A DNA stretch of 64,000 nucleotides from Tubiluchus corallicola (taxonomy: Eukaryota > Animalia > Priapulida): NCBI GenBank assembly GCA_030141605.1, contig JAQGDQ010000877.1, positions 21,237 through 85,236 on the forward strand. Reading direction: 5' to 3'. A program made the position numbers and the translations under genes. The notes beneath the pieces are model-generated. The model ran no database searches. It was not told the origin of the DNA and was given only the letters and a program-made list of their open reading frames with translations. This document shows positions 38,461 through 51,700 of the stretch, in pieces (within the stretch, counting starts at the first letter, position 1; each line of letters opens with the position of its first letter).

Positions 38461-41400
38461 ATGGCCAATAACGGAAAAGCGTTATTAAGATTTTCTTGCT
38501 TTGCGTTACTTCGTTTAAGAAGCAAACCTCCACGAACAGTTGAGCAGTGTTCTCTACATTCCGTTACTATACGTGGATTGAGTAGTAAGTTATGAATTAC
38601 AGTAAAACTATAATATCTTTATACCGAACCTGCTAGGGACTAAAAAGTACTCTATAATCATACGCGGTTAATGTTTATATCTAATGGACAAGCATATATT
38701 CATGTCATGTATCAATAATGTACACCTGTGGCTTCATAGAGCCACGGATTTACACTACTATATATAGTATTAGAGGATTTGCCTTACTAAAAGTAAAAGT
38801 ACTTTAGAGGATGCTATCAACTACTTTGCAGCAGAAGTAAAAAAACACAAACTAATTTCACATTTATTAAGGTTTAGAAAAATCAGGAACTTTTGTTTAC
38901 AAGTGTAAAATTTCTGTTTGTCTAGCTTGTATAAAAAGTGTTTACAGCAAACTAACTGCAGAAAAGTATTCGTCACTTGATGAAACAGAAGTGGCTACAA
39001 ACATGTCAAGTATCTTGGGTGCAGAAAGAATTTATGCACTTGTAGGAGTTTCACTGTTGATTTTTGTGTGTTAAAATCTTTCATTTTTTCTCTAGCTTCG
39101 CCACATTTAAATTCTTCTCAAGGTACGATCGGTTTTATTGGTCTGGGTAATATGGGTGCGCACATGGCACGAAACCTACTCAGTAAAGGTTATGGACTGA
39201 TCGTCAACGACGTAATGCCCGATGCTATGGACGAGCTAAAAAAGGATGGTATGCAACTTTAATGTTATGGACTTGTGATATGGTAATAACTGATTTAACG
39301 TGTTGAAGAGGCAAGTTTTAGTTTGCACAGTTTGTTTGTAACTTGTTTTATGCAATTAGCAGTGAACTAGTCATTTCTTTACCATTAAAACTGAATGGTT
39401 TGAATGATTGTCAGTTTTCAATGAATTTCAACACCGTCTGCATACTGTATTATATCTTTTCATGCCTTCTACTTTGTTGTTATTATATGTACAATATAGA
39501 AACAGAAAATTATATGAAATGTTATTGTATGAAATGAATGAATGAGTGAATGTGAGAGAGTGTGGCTCAACTTAAAGAATACAAAATTAGAAACATATTT
39601 TGCAGAAGTTTTTGCAATTCTAATAAGTTCAAAACACGTTTAATGTCAATTACTAATTTCTTGTTTATTATGTGTTTACAACTTTAGTTTAACGCTCTTG
39701 CATTTTAGGAGCTTCCGTAGCCGGTAATCCCGCTGAAGTAGCAGAACAGACTAAGCTCATAGTAACCATGTTGCCGTCCAGTCCACATGTGAGAGAAGTG
39801 TACACAGGAAAGAGCGGTATTTTCAAGTTAGTTTTAAGTTGTTGAATTATCTCAAGAATTTTTGTTTTTTGGCTCATCATGAACATTTTTTGCAACCTAA
39901 TTATTGTTTTGAAGTTATTTGCCTTTTGTGCTTTCTTTTTGCAAAGCTTTATTTCATCTTTTTCGGCAATGTACTTCAAAGTTGCTTGCAGGTAGTCATG
40001 AGTTTATCTGGAAATAAGATTTTTGTTTTGGTATTTTAGATTCATACACGGAAATATTACCATATTTGTATATGTATAATAAATGCATATATTTTTAATG
40101 CGAATCACATATGTCGTAGTAAAACCACGAATATCATCTGAAATGTGAAATGCTTATGGCTAAGCTGACATTTGAACCAAAGACTTCCTGGCCACATTGC
40201 CATTGCAGTACCAGTTAGACCAGTCAGTTACTGCTGATTTAGGCCTTTCTAAATGTAATTTTGATTATAGGGTTAAAAGCTGTTACACATTTTCCTTTCT
40301 CTAACTATGTTTACTCCTTTAGTGGCCTATCTTGTCTAATTAGATTTGAATTAATTTAAAAATTTGTTGATCAGTGAATAAATATTTAGCAGTTATTGTG
40401 AAGATTACAAAACAGCAAGTTTACATCATCAACGATTAACGTAATTTGTTTCAGTAAAGTACAGAAGGACACGTTACTTATTGACAGCAGCACGATCGAT
40501 CCTGCAGTGTCTCAAGAGATGGCAGCACTCGCCAACAGCAAAGCTGCCACATTTATGGATGCACCAGTATCCGGAGGTATACTCGTCTACACTGCTATAA
40601 AAATTAATATGTGGAACAGTGCTTTCTCTGGCGCACTGCTGAAATTTAAGTGAATAAAAGTCCAGAATGTGTATAGAATAGTATAGTATAGTGTAGTGTA
40701 GTGTAGTGTAGTGTAGTGTAGTGTAGTGTAGTGTAGTGTAGTGTAGTGTAGTGTAGTGTAGTGTAGTGTAGTGTAGCGTAGTATAGTATAGCATAGCATA
40801 GCATAGTATATAGTACAGTATGTGTGCCATTTAGCTGCTAGGTACACTTATATCTCAGTTTGCCGGACAAAAGCAGGGAGACGTCGCTCTGAATTTGCTG
40901 ATTGTCTGTATTTACCAATACTAAGTTAATATAGTACACGCTGTATCAAAGACTCACGGTAAAGAGGTATCAATTGTCTAATTGTCTCAAAAACATCTAA
41001 TATGAGCAGCTCCTATGCAAAATTATATAAAAACTGTTGGCAGTTGACTCAAATAACTGCATAATTAATTCTATATTTTGTATGACTAATGACCTCTTAC
41101 TATTTTTTTGTTGTCTTATTTCACTTTTGTGCACTATAGTATATGTAGAAACAATCACGTTAAGTACAGTTTGTTTGGTAGCAAGCTTTAAGGATGTAAA
41201 CAAAGTGACGGCCCGCCAACTAGTGGTCAACTCGCGAAACAGTGGACTGTATCTGTAGTATACGGGGGGCTTTTTGACCTTCTAAATTTTGTCCGAGTTC
41301 TTCAGATATTCGTAAAACCGAGGTCCGGCAAACCAATATTGGGCTGTATTGTGGTGTTTAATCTATTACCATGGCGACACTCTCAAAAGTTCCTACGAAA

Positions 41401-42512
41401 ATAATTAAAATAAACCATGCTAGAAAGTTCTTTTTGTTTCATGAATTCAGTCTCTTCCCCAATGTCCAAACCGATTGTCATCGTAAGTCGACAAGTATCT
41501 GTATACGCATAGAAATGTGTTTGTAGTTGTACACTCCTATGGCAGAGCCCTCTATTGTTAGCCTAAAGAATAAGTAGCACATCCATTAGTAGTGTGGATG
41601 CACGCAGTCCAGGCAATAAAACGGCAAAAATCAGTATTGAACTGCGCGATAGACCTGCAATTTATTAAAATAACAGATCACAAAAAGTGCTTATGAATGT
41701 GCTAAAGCTTATTACTATTTAGACAAAATGAAAAGTTAGATTTAAGAAGACTGAAATACAAATTATTACTTTATGATTCTAGAGATTTGAAGCTGTTCTA
41801 ACCAATTTAAACTATTAACTAATTATTAAAGTAGATGGTGACTTACATTTACTGGTGACAATTTTGGCTTGAAAATACAACTAGTGACTATTAAATTGCA
41901 ACAAAATAGACAAAGCAATGCAAGTATCACCAAACGGCATGGTCAGCATAGCGGCAACAGAAAGTGTAACTACGTGTAAAAACAAGGTGATTGATAGGTG
42001 GCGTGCACTACCTAAGCTTAGGTCACATGACTAAGGCTGGCTTCGTTTTAAACAGTTTCAGGAAATGCATGTTTGTAAAAATGCGAAAAGAAAACAAATA
42101 ATGATAGAATTTTAAATTAAATTGCTTGACACCAACAAGTAGTAATTTGCTGCATTGTTACATTGTTTGTTTAGACTGAATGAGTTTGTGGTTTTCTTTT
42201 TTTTAGGTGTCCTGGCAGCACGTGACGCGGGCCTGACGTTCATGGTCGGAGGAAGTGAATCACGTTTTCCGGAAGCGTCCAAAGTGTTAAGCTGCATGGG
42301 GAAGAATGTGGTGCACTGCGGAGACGTGGGAACCGGAGAAGCAGCTAAGATCTGTAACAACATGCTGCTGGCTATTTCAATGATCGGAACTTCTGAAACG
42401 ATGAATTTAGGAATAAAGTAAAGAATTTTGGAAGGAGTTTACAATTCTCTACACAGTGTAGGGAATTGTAAACTTTAGCCGGAAATTTTTTTGTAGATGT
42501 AGCTCTAGCTTA

Positions 42513-42543
<31 letters not shown>

Positions 42544-43915
42544 GCATTAGTGCAATGGCAGAAAAACCAAGTGTTGGTTATTACTCATTTTTCAACCTTT
42601 TGCTTTGTTTCTTATGTAAATAATATTACACTAGCAAAGGCTCCGCGAAAAATTTTGCATATAAATCCACTTATAATCAACAATGCGTGAACATCCTACC
42701 TAGTGTTCATTTATTTACCTAATGCCAAGCCAGCAGCAGGAGCTTTTTTCTTATGCTGCTTGCTGAAATATTTTTGGGCTGTGGTAAAACAGGCTCATTA
42801 TGTGTTTTTTCTAGCATTTTTACAATCCATTCCCGAAAATATCTGTATGTATAAGAAGCATCATCATTTTCAAAACTAGATTTAGTTGTGAGACCGTTTT
42901 CTTGACTTTTTATTTATATAAAGGATGATCTTGTTTATGTTACAGGTTGGGGCTGGAGCCTAAGCTACTTGCAAAAATATTGAACATGAGCTCAGGTCGT
43001 TGTTGGTCAAGCGAGCTTTACAATCCCTGCCCGGGGGTCTTAGAAGCGGTGCCGTCCAGTCGTAACTACGAAGGTGGATTTGGGACAGCTCTAATGACAA
43101 AAGTAATTTGTTTTATCTGTTCCTAATTAAATTTATTTACCATGTTCGTAATCAGAATCAAGCCTCATTATAACGTCAGGTCTGGGACGCCACTAAATAT
43201 AGCGCTATAACGGGGTTGGCGGTAAGCGAGGCTCATTAAATATTAAATTCCAATTATTAAAGCTGTTTGAGTTAGTTGCCAGCACATGGTAACCATAGTA
43301 AATGCACTTTATCTCGGTCACCAAGGTGACCAAGCCACATTTCTAAACTTGCTTATTATAATTTGCTAAACAAAAGCTATTAAACTTAGCAAACTGTTTT
43401 ACAAACTTTCTCCAATGATTTTGTACTCTTGTAACATTGTTAATTGATGTACATTGTTTTGTACTCTTGTAGCATTGTTAATTGATGTACACTATTTTGT
43501 ACTCTTGTAGCATTGTTAATTGATGTACACTGTTTTGTACTCTTGTAGCATTGTTAATTGATGTACACTGTTTTACAATGATTTTGTACTCTTATAGCAT
43601 TGTTAATTGATGTACACTGTTTTGTACTCTTGTAGCATTGTTAATTGATGTACACTGTTTTGTACTCTTGTAGCATTGTTAATTGATGTACACTGTTTTA
43701 CAATGATTTTGTACTCTTATAGCATTGTTAATTGATGTGCACTGTTTTTCTCGCAGGATCTAGGTTTAGCACAAAGTGCCGCCAATGCGACGTTATCTCC
43801 TATTCCTCTTGGTTCACTAGCCCACCAGATTTACCGTGTGATGACCAACTCGGGCTATGCCAAAAAAGATTTCTCCTCTGCTTACCAGTTTCTACAGGAA
43901 CAGAACAAAAATTAG
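38461..43915 (+). CDS. HIBADH: 3-hydroxyisobutyrate dehydrogenase, mitochondrial (~347 aa)
   Basis: Exons 38461-38584 (Arg/Leu/Ser-rich presequence), 39096-39248 ([10 protein letters not shown]), 39709-39826 (TMLP), 40455-40576 ([16 protein letters not shown]), 42207-42417 ([17 protein letters not shown]), 42946-43102 ([13 protein letters not shown]) and 43757-43915 (DLGLA, KDFS). Phase-compatible, 1044 nt. Confidence 0.96.
40672..40815. repeat. (GTGTA)n pentanucleotide microsatellite
   Basis: Directly visible; it explains the HYTTL-repeat ORFs. Confidence 0.97.
43413..43748. repeat. 38-bp minisatellite (8 copies) abutting the last HIBADH acceptor
   Basis: Unit TTTTGTACTCTTGTAGCATTGTTAATTGATGTACACTG, with an 11-bp insert TTTTACAATGA twice. 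Confidence 0.95.
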
Positions 43916-44210
43916 CACTGGCTTGGTCAATTTTGAAGTTTTAGATTTCTGAAACATTTACATGCTGCAAAATTATGACTAAATCCAAACATGAAGATTT
44001 ATACAAAATGTGTGTATAATAATGGAGACTTTTTTACACTATGGAACTGTACAGTCCTACTGTCTGTGTGAAACTCTCGAATCATGTTAAACCAGGGATG
44101 TTCATTTTTTTATTTCCATTGTGATAACTAACCTGACACACTGAAACTTCCAATCACTTAATTTTTGCTGCAAAATGGGGTCAAACTACATAAGAAACCA
44201 CAACTTATAA

Positions 44211-44910
44211 AATACGTGACGGTAACATGTTACTATTAATTATGACTGTACGAGATTACTTTGTCTTGTAACAGTACGTGACAGTAATATGTTACTAGTA
44301 ATTGTAATAGTAAGAGATCACTTTGGCTTGTACTAGTACATTACAGTAATATGTTACTAGTAATTGTGACAGTATGAAATCACTTTGTCTTGTAACAGTA
44401 CATTACAGTAATATGTTACTGGTATTTGTAAAAGTACGAGATCATTTTGTCTTGTAACAGTACATGGCGGTAATATGTTACTAGTAATTGTGACAGTATG
44501 AAATCACTTTGTCTTGTAACAGTACATTACAGTAATATGTTACTAGTAATTGTAATAGTAAGAGATCACTTTGGCTTGTACTAGTACATGACGGTAATAT
44601 GTTACTAGTAATTGTGACAGTATGAAATCACTTTGTCTTGTAACAGTACATTACAGTAATATGTTACTGGTATTTGTAAAAGTACGAGATCATTTTGTCT
44701 TGTAACAGTACATGGCGGTAATATGTTACTAGTAATTGGGACAGTACGAGATTACTTTGTCTTGTAACAGTACGTGACAGTAATATGTTACTAGTAATTG
44801 TAACAGTACGAGATTACTTGGTCTTGTACTAGTATTAGACGGTAATATGTTACTAGTAATTGTAACAGTGCAAGATTACTTTGTCTTGTACTAGCATATG
44901 TAGGTAATAT
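44211..44910. repeat. 62-bp minisatellite (~11 copies) in the probable HIBADH 3' UTR
   Basis: GTAATATGTTACT recurs every 62 bp from 44222 to 44842. AATAAA at 45091 lies downstream. Confidence 0.95.
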
Positions 44911-45232
44911 GGTGTTTTTGCCCTGTGAAGCATGTAATGATAAAATGTTATTTTTGCACTTTTGTAGCAACTAATAGGGGTAACATGTTGGAATTCAAGT
45001 GATACATCAGTACCTGTAAGAACAGTCTTTATTTGTTGTTTCATAGTACAAATTATGCATATGGTGTCATTATTGCTTTGTGGAAGATCAAATAAAAGAA
45101 CGTAGAGACAGATTAACAGTAATAACAGATTTCTGACTTGTAAGAGAAAGAATTATGCTGTTTGGAAAATGCAAGCAGTCTAATGTCTAATTTTGTTAGT
45201 AGTGCTGGAGCTAAACCTGTTGTAGACCAATA

Positions 45233-45396
45233 CAGTTAAGGCTCGTTATAATGCCAGCCTGGATTAACGCCCGTATTTTTGGCAAAAGAAATGTCCATAT
45301 TTGCATAGACATGTACATATTAATGCACCTCATGCCAAACTCACTTAACGCCAGTTTTTTTGCAGTCCCCTAGTGGGTGACGTAGAAAAGTGACTG
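45233..45396. mobile_element. Short, decayed pogo-type MITE
   Basis: TA|CAGTTAAGGCTCGTTATAATGCC ... AGTGACTG|TA; similar motifs at ~43155-43235. Confidence 0.5.
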
Positions 45397-45675
45397 TATT
45401 TTTACCTTGACTGTGATCATTATTACTCACAAAAGATCTTTTGCTATATCGATATTACATGCAGTAATCGGAAATCTCAAATGAAGCTTGTTATTAGTGA
45501 TCTTCTTTGTTTTGTTATTATAAATTCATATAGTGTATGAAATTGTTGAAATCGGTTAAACTGTTTTTCAACGAAGAATTTAATTAGTTGGCTTGTTACA
45601 TGGATCAAATATAGAAATTGTTTATTGTAAAGGTGATCGAATGTCAGCTTGTTTGTATTAACATTACTATATATT

Positions 45676-45821
45676 GTTGTTGGCATCCTTCTGTCTCGGA
45701 AGACAATACAGCACCTGGTATTCCTAGGCGGTCACCCATCCAAGTACTGCCCAGGCTCTACGTTGCTTAACTTCGGTGATCAGACGAGAACCGGTGTTTT
45801 CAACGTGATATGGCCGTAGAC
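45676..45821 (-). mobile_element. 5S-derived SINE3-like retroposon with an RTE-like 3' tail
   Basis: The 5S body is followed by TTGTCTTCCGAGACAGAAGGATGCCAACAAC (stem-loop plus CAA repeats). TATATT is duplicated at 45670-45675 and 45822-45827. Confidence 0.65.
45707..45821 (-). rRNA. 5S rRNA sequence, solitary and lacking the normal 3' end and terminator (probably a retroposed copy)
   Basis: Minus strand GTCTACGGCCATATCACGTTGAAAACACCGGTTCTCGTCTGATCACCGAAGTTAAGCAACGTAGAGCCTGGGCAGTACTTGGATGGGTGACCGCCTAGGAATACCAGGTGCTGTA, with recognisable A, IE and C boxes. Confidence 0.9.
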
Positions 45822-46789
45822 TATATTAACGGACTATATTAGCAACTATATATATATACTGTACCTAAAAAAACTAATATCACTTCTGGGTGTTAAGCAC
45901 ATTGTTTTGGCATTCCATTCCTAGCACGTTTACCTAGTTATCTTTATGCAATTATTCCAATGCATGAGAGGGCTGTTAACTATAATTATGACATTGATTA
46001 ATGAACAAATTATGTTTACTGTAGCTATAATGAAATATGGAAAACTTTTATCGACATAACACATTATATGACTTGTTTTTATTTGCAAAAAAAGCAGAAA
46101 AATATTCACAGAACACGAATTTGACTAGTTTTACACTAAACCGTATCTCATAATAAGTTCGCAGGTAGGAAAATCTGTAATACAAATAAATACAAAAAGT
46201 ACAATGCAGTTTAGCTGTAATCACTTACACAATGGATACAAAAATTAATGACAAGTAATCAAGTTAATAGTACATAGTCTCATTTGCCACACAAAAATGG
46301 AACCGATTACGGACATCACAGGATGTATTGTGTATATTTATGGACTACATAACTTAGTGTTGTATTTCTTAATCTGTAAAAATGGCACAATCCTTACAAT
46401 ATTAACCGTCTATAGTTCTGCAATAAATGCAAATGATTTTGGCACCATCTACCATGAAAGATCAGAACATAATTCCTATTTTAGCGAATTCAATTTAGAG
46501 AGCAAACTTGCAACAATCGCCATCTTTTGATTTACTTCTTTGCCAAAGAACTAAGACCATAGTTTACCAGTAAAAACTGTACTGCTTTTTTACCACACAT
46601 TTTACTAAATTTTGCACTTAACTAAAGGGAAAAGGACCTGGTTGGTACTATTAAGCGGTCACGAATTCATGATTTAAACGTAGGTTCGGTTTTGTTCCAG
46701 TGAACATAATAAGCTACAGTTTAAAATTTCATAAAATGAATGAAAGTCAGTGCTGTATATTGACACAGGAGGAAGGTTATGGATTACAC

Positions 46790-47203
46790 CAGGGGCGTGC
46801 AAATTATCTGACTAGCCGGGCCACATTAAACATTCCTGTGGGCGACAGGCAGTTTGGTCAAGGAGCCAAGTACAGTAGGACCTGATTTTGTATCCGATTT
46901 GCGCACATCATTACTACTGCACTACTACACTCAAGAAACTATTTTAGAAGTTATTAAAATTTATATTAAAAACCATATATTTCGTCATGTCCGACAGTGA
47001 CATTAAGTGATAACGGTCTTGTAAGGGTTAATGCCATCCAATCTAGAGGAAAAAACTACCCGCACTATCTTTGCGATATTGGCGCAGACTTCAGCTAGAT
47101 CGCGTGGGCCGCACTTTCATTACGTTGACAAACCTCTTCGTGGCTGCACAAGATCTCTCGGCGGGCCGCAAGTGGCCCGCGGGCCGCAGTTTGCACACCC
47201 CTG
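46790..47203. mobile_element. hAT (Charlie-like) MITE in the probable LNPK 3' UTR
   Basis: TIRs CAGGGGCGTGCAAA / TTTGCACACCCCTG; perfect 8-bp TSD GATTACAC; GCGGGCCGCA subterminal repeats. Confidence 0.92.
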
Positions 47204-48762
47204 GATTACACAGAAAAGGATTTGATACAGGCATGGGAAGAAACTCGATAATAAAAAGAGATAAAAAGTTGAACATGAACTCAAAATCTAATTTGTTAAT
47301 AAACACTGTAGTGAGACGATGCAAAACAAGAAAAAAACAAAAGAACAGACTAGATTTAAGTTCATAAAGATCTAACCTGAGGTCAACATGAGGGGCGATT
47401 TTAATCAACGCCTGAGTAGCCATTGGCACCGGTTTCGGAGGCACTACACGAGTTTAGTAGTTTTGTACTCTACAAACGTACGTGGTATATTAACATCCTA
47501 TAGCAAAGTACTTATTGGGCAAATAATTTTAAACTTGTTTTTTACACAATAAGGACTATCTTTTTCAAGTTTCTTTTCTATGCTTGTTTCTTTCTTTTCT
47601 GCAGAGCTATGTCAACTCCATGCTTTATGCATTGGAGGCTGACGAAGCAATGTATCAGCTACAATACAACACTAGAAGCTGTTTTGACTTATATATTGTC
47701 TGCTGTAGCAAAGATTGGCAAAAAAGGTAGATGGCAATGGAGTTTCTCGGTATTTCTTTACACTTATTTTAGCATTAAACAATCATAATAAAGGAAGACT
47801 GAATTTAAATAGTAGAGCTTAAAGATTATTGTAGAAACTAGGAAAAATGAGGCTCTAAATTCTATGTGGGTTTTCAACTCTCCCCCTTTGCTCACAGTGT
47901 TTTTTCTGAAGACATTTAGCTAGCCTGTTGACAAACTCAACTGGTCACTCCAAAAATGCAAACAGACAGTCTCCAGATCATACCACCATATTCACACCGA
48001 ATATTAACATCCGTGTATAAACAAACAGCATTAATGATTCGGATAAAAGTACAACAATTATGTTACACGTTCTATAACAGACAATTCAAAGCAACACTGC
48101 ACAGAAGCTACAGAACTTGGAAACATATTAACGATAATTAATCAGACTAATTAACAACTGACAATCACTAAAGTATTTACAAGATTGCCCTCGCAGTTTT
48201 ATCAAAAAACGTCTAAAAATATCACCTCATTTCACACTTTATTTACCAAACTGCATTGAACTTCAGCCAAACATCAATTTTCAGAAAGAAGTTTTGTCGT
48301 GATGACGAATTTGTGCAACAAATACATTAATGTCATACATTAGGAACAGACTGTACCGGATACGTTCAGTATTCCCGCTTTCATGCCCAGCATCAATCAC
48401 TATTCAACTTCTTAATGGTAATTAAGACAAAATCAGAACAAGGTTTACGCTGTCCACTACACAACAACTTCAAAACTCAACTGAAGCCTCATAGACGATA
48501 GACTTTGCTGATTCTACGCAGCTGCGAGGTAGCATAGGATGACTGAATATATTAGGGTGTAAGATGTAAATTCAACAATTGCACATTTAACTTTATGTCC
48601 TCCATGTGTAAAGTTGACTTTATAGCATTCAGAACGTCACAATGGTAACAACTATGATGACGATGATGACAATGATGACAGTGTCAGCAGCACAACGAAA
48701 CTCCAAGATCAAATTAACAACTTCAGTAGGTAGCACCTTCGGTCGTGGATGGCTCATGATCC

Positions 48763-51700
48763 TCAAGACTTGTCCTGCGTATCAGACGATGTTGCATCTC
48801 CGGCATGGGGACTAAACGACGCGGTCTCCGAGCTACGAGCTCCACCTTCACTAGCATCTGAAACAAGCAAAGGAGTCGTACGCAGCGGGTGACAAACGTC
48901 GCCATTTAGAAAATAAGAAACGAGCAAAGTAAAAGCCGTAATCAGACAAGCGAAAACAAACACCGGATTTGTCCAATCGCTGTACATTGCTATGATTTAA
49001 TATAGAAAATAGAATACAATTTGCTCATTCATACTAACAATTAAGTTTGTCTGTTTATCTGTCTGTTTGCTCTTTATAGACGACTGCAGGGATTTTACTG
49101 AAAATTTACTTCAGTGGTACTAAGATCACTAGGACAGGCACAAGGGGTTCAGTTTATATCCCAAGCCACCTTCACTCCCAGATGTGATCGATTTTTCAAG
49201 TTTTAACATATTGAACTGCTGGTGGAACCTCGCCACCCGGGCGTGGTTCGGCCCTCCAGGTACGGAGGCAGAGCAGCCTAATAGTGATTTCCACATAACT
49301 ACAATTAAACAAAACTGAATTAAATAACGTTGACTATTTAACAGGAAAGAGATTTAAATATTACAAGACCTAAACTAACTTTGACAAGATTTTATACAAA
49401 TTAAAGAAAAACAGAACAAAGAAATAAAGTGGAGAGACTGATACCTAACTTGCCCTATAGAGGGTAGTAGGAGAGCTCTAAATCTAATGGAAGAAACACA
49501 AGCACAAGAACCACCAACTCTGCACGACCCGATTACCACTGTGGCTCCCCAAAGTACAGCAGGTTTTCACCCTCCTTTTATAACCGTCCCCAAACTAGTG
49601 TACATGTCAGAGATAGAGCCAAAATGAAACCTGATTGGTTGAATCCAAAAGGTGTGAAGATTTAACCAATAAGAGCCAAAATATTTGTAAAAGAATAATT
49701 TAGAAGACTTAGGTTTGAACTACTGGTACTTTTAGGGGTGACATGTAACACTAGTTTGGTAATAGTGCCATACTTTGGAATAAAAGTAGAGGTTGTGCAG
49801 AGTGGGCCGCCCAAGCGCCTACGCTACAATATTGTTCTAAGGGGAAAATTCTTTAAGTGGCAAGTCACTCAGCTGTTAGAAGCTAACACTATGTATGCAC
49901 AAATTGATGTGCAGGTGGTAACTAAGCCAGGTTTACTTGAAAAGCAAAAAAACAGTATAATTTTAGAATTTTGCCATGTAGATAGAGACACAAGAACAGA
50001 TAGAGAAAATACAGAACAATGAATCTGCTTAAGCCACTGCAGCACATAGAGAAAATACAGAACAATGTACCTGCTGAAGCCGCTGTAACACCTTCAGGTT
50101 TATTTAGAGAAAGATTAGGTTCGGTATCACCGGACATGGCAGGCGTTTCACCATCACCTCTTGTAGGCGATGTTTCTTTCGTTTCGTTTTCTTTCTCTTC
50201 TTTTTCCTCACCTAAAAAAAGCATGAAAACTAGTGGCACTGTATTAACAAAACACTGAAAAACATTTCAAAACCAATATTTTTAATAACCCATTGTTCTC
50301 ACATCTCCGTTCAAGTGAAGTTTGGTCAGTTCAACTGGTCAGTGCGATCTTAAAATGACAGAATACCCATTTTTCTCCTCCTGATGTATGGCTTCTCAGA
50401 AATATTCTCGCTTGACATCACTATAAATTTCATCACAGACAATAACACATAGTAATCACGCCTATTAAGTACTGTAACAAATGCAAGTACTAAGGATAGT
50501 TTTACCAAAAAAAATTACTAAAAAACATTAATAGAAAGTCTGAGATATTTTATAAAGCAATAGTTGGGGTTATAAAGGCCACTATATCAAAGACAGACAT
50601 GAATGGGCAATTTACACAACTGTATTTTTGTGTATTTTATCGTCCGTCAAATTATTGTAAATTTATGGAGAAAAAAATAAATTACTACTACTCAATGACA
50701 ACAACCATAGCTAGACATGCTAGAAACGTGCCCCCCCCCCCATTGCTCACAGCTGAAATACTGCAATCTTATTAATCTTTTCGTTATGGGATTTGTATTA
50801 ATATAAAGTATACTCTGCTTAACAAGTCCACCTTAATTCGAAGTTAAATAGACTTATTAAGCGGCTGGATTTATAACTTGAACAGACTTATTCATTTTCT
50901 TTCTACTTTATTACAGAACGAAAAGTGCAAATGTGCAAAACGTGCTTAGAACGAGATTTAGCTCGATATAAACACATGACAATCGCATGGTGCTGCGTCA
51001 CAATTCTGTTGTCTTTATGGCGCACTAGATGGATTTGTAAAATGAAGTTGATTTAATAAACAGGCAGATTTTACTAGGCTAAAGTATTATAAACTCCATT
51101 CCAGCAATAGTTAATTTATTATCCTTGGGTTTATTAAAAGAAGACAGGACGATTTTTCATATACTACCCTTTTCATCCCCGATAAAAGTACACATTTTAA
51201 CACAATTAATACTGCAAAAGAGTTTCTGATAATTAAATAATAGATTAAAATCTTAATTAACCGCGGGCGAGCACAATTATTGATGACATGACAAACGAAC
51301 ATAATTTTCAACAGCAAAAATATTCAACGAGCGTGCTGCATGTGTTTGCAAAAGTGCAAATTGATGTACATACTACTGTAAGAGATTCAGTGTGCTGTTC
51401 TAAAACTAAAAAGTTTTAATATAGAAATTCAAATTTCAAATATACCACTGTGCTCATGCATGAGCTGTGGAACGTGTGTAGTTCGTCACAAACTAACACA
51501 TCGAAACTGAGAGGTACAGCACCTTTTTTTGTGCAATGCATTTGCGAAATGTAGGCGCTAGTGCCCATCTAACTAGCGAATGGCGAAATGCATGTAACGG
51601 TGAACAACTAGAGGCGCAAACTCGAAATTGTGTCTGTTTAGTAATAATTCTTTCACATAAATCATTTTTGAAAAAATAGTATGTTTCCTATCAATATTTC

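Noticed and set aside
40474-40847. HYTTL-repeat ORFs
   Set aside because: Translation of the (GTGTA)n microsatellite.
44211-44910. CRISPR-like array (palindromic, regularly spaced repeats)
   Set aside because: The intervening sequences are themselves repeated, so there are no unique spacers. The context is eukaryotic with no cas genes; it is a minisatellite.
45707-45821. Functional 5S rRNA gene
   Set aside because: Solitary, the terminal helix I is incomplete at the 3' end, and there is no oligo-T terminator; better explained as a retroposed copy.
49026-49215. Helitron/Helentron-like fragment with (TCTG)-type repeats
   Set aside because: Termini could not be defined; resemblance only.
49220-49743. 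Possible solo LTR on the minus strand (TG...CA ends, CCAAT boxes, TATAAAAG at ~49575-49582)
   Set aside because: No matching TSD, no convincing PBS or PPT, and no second copy in the window.
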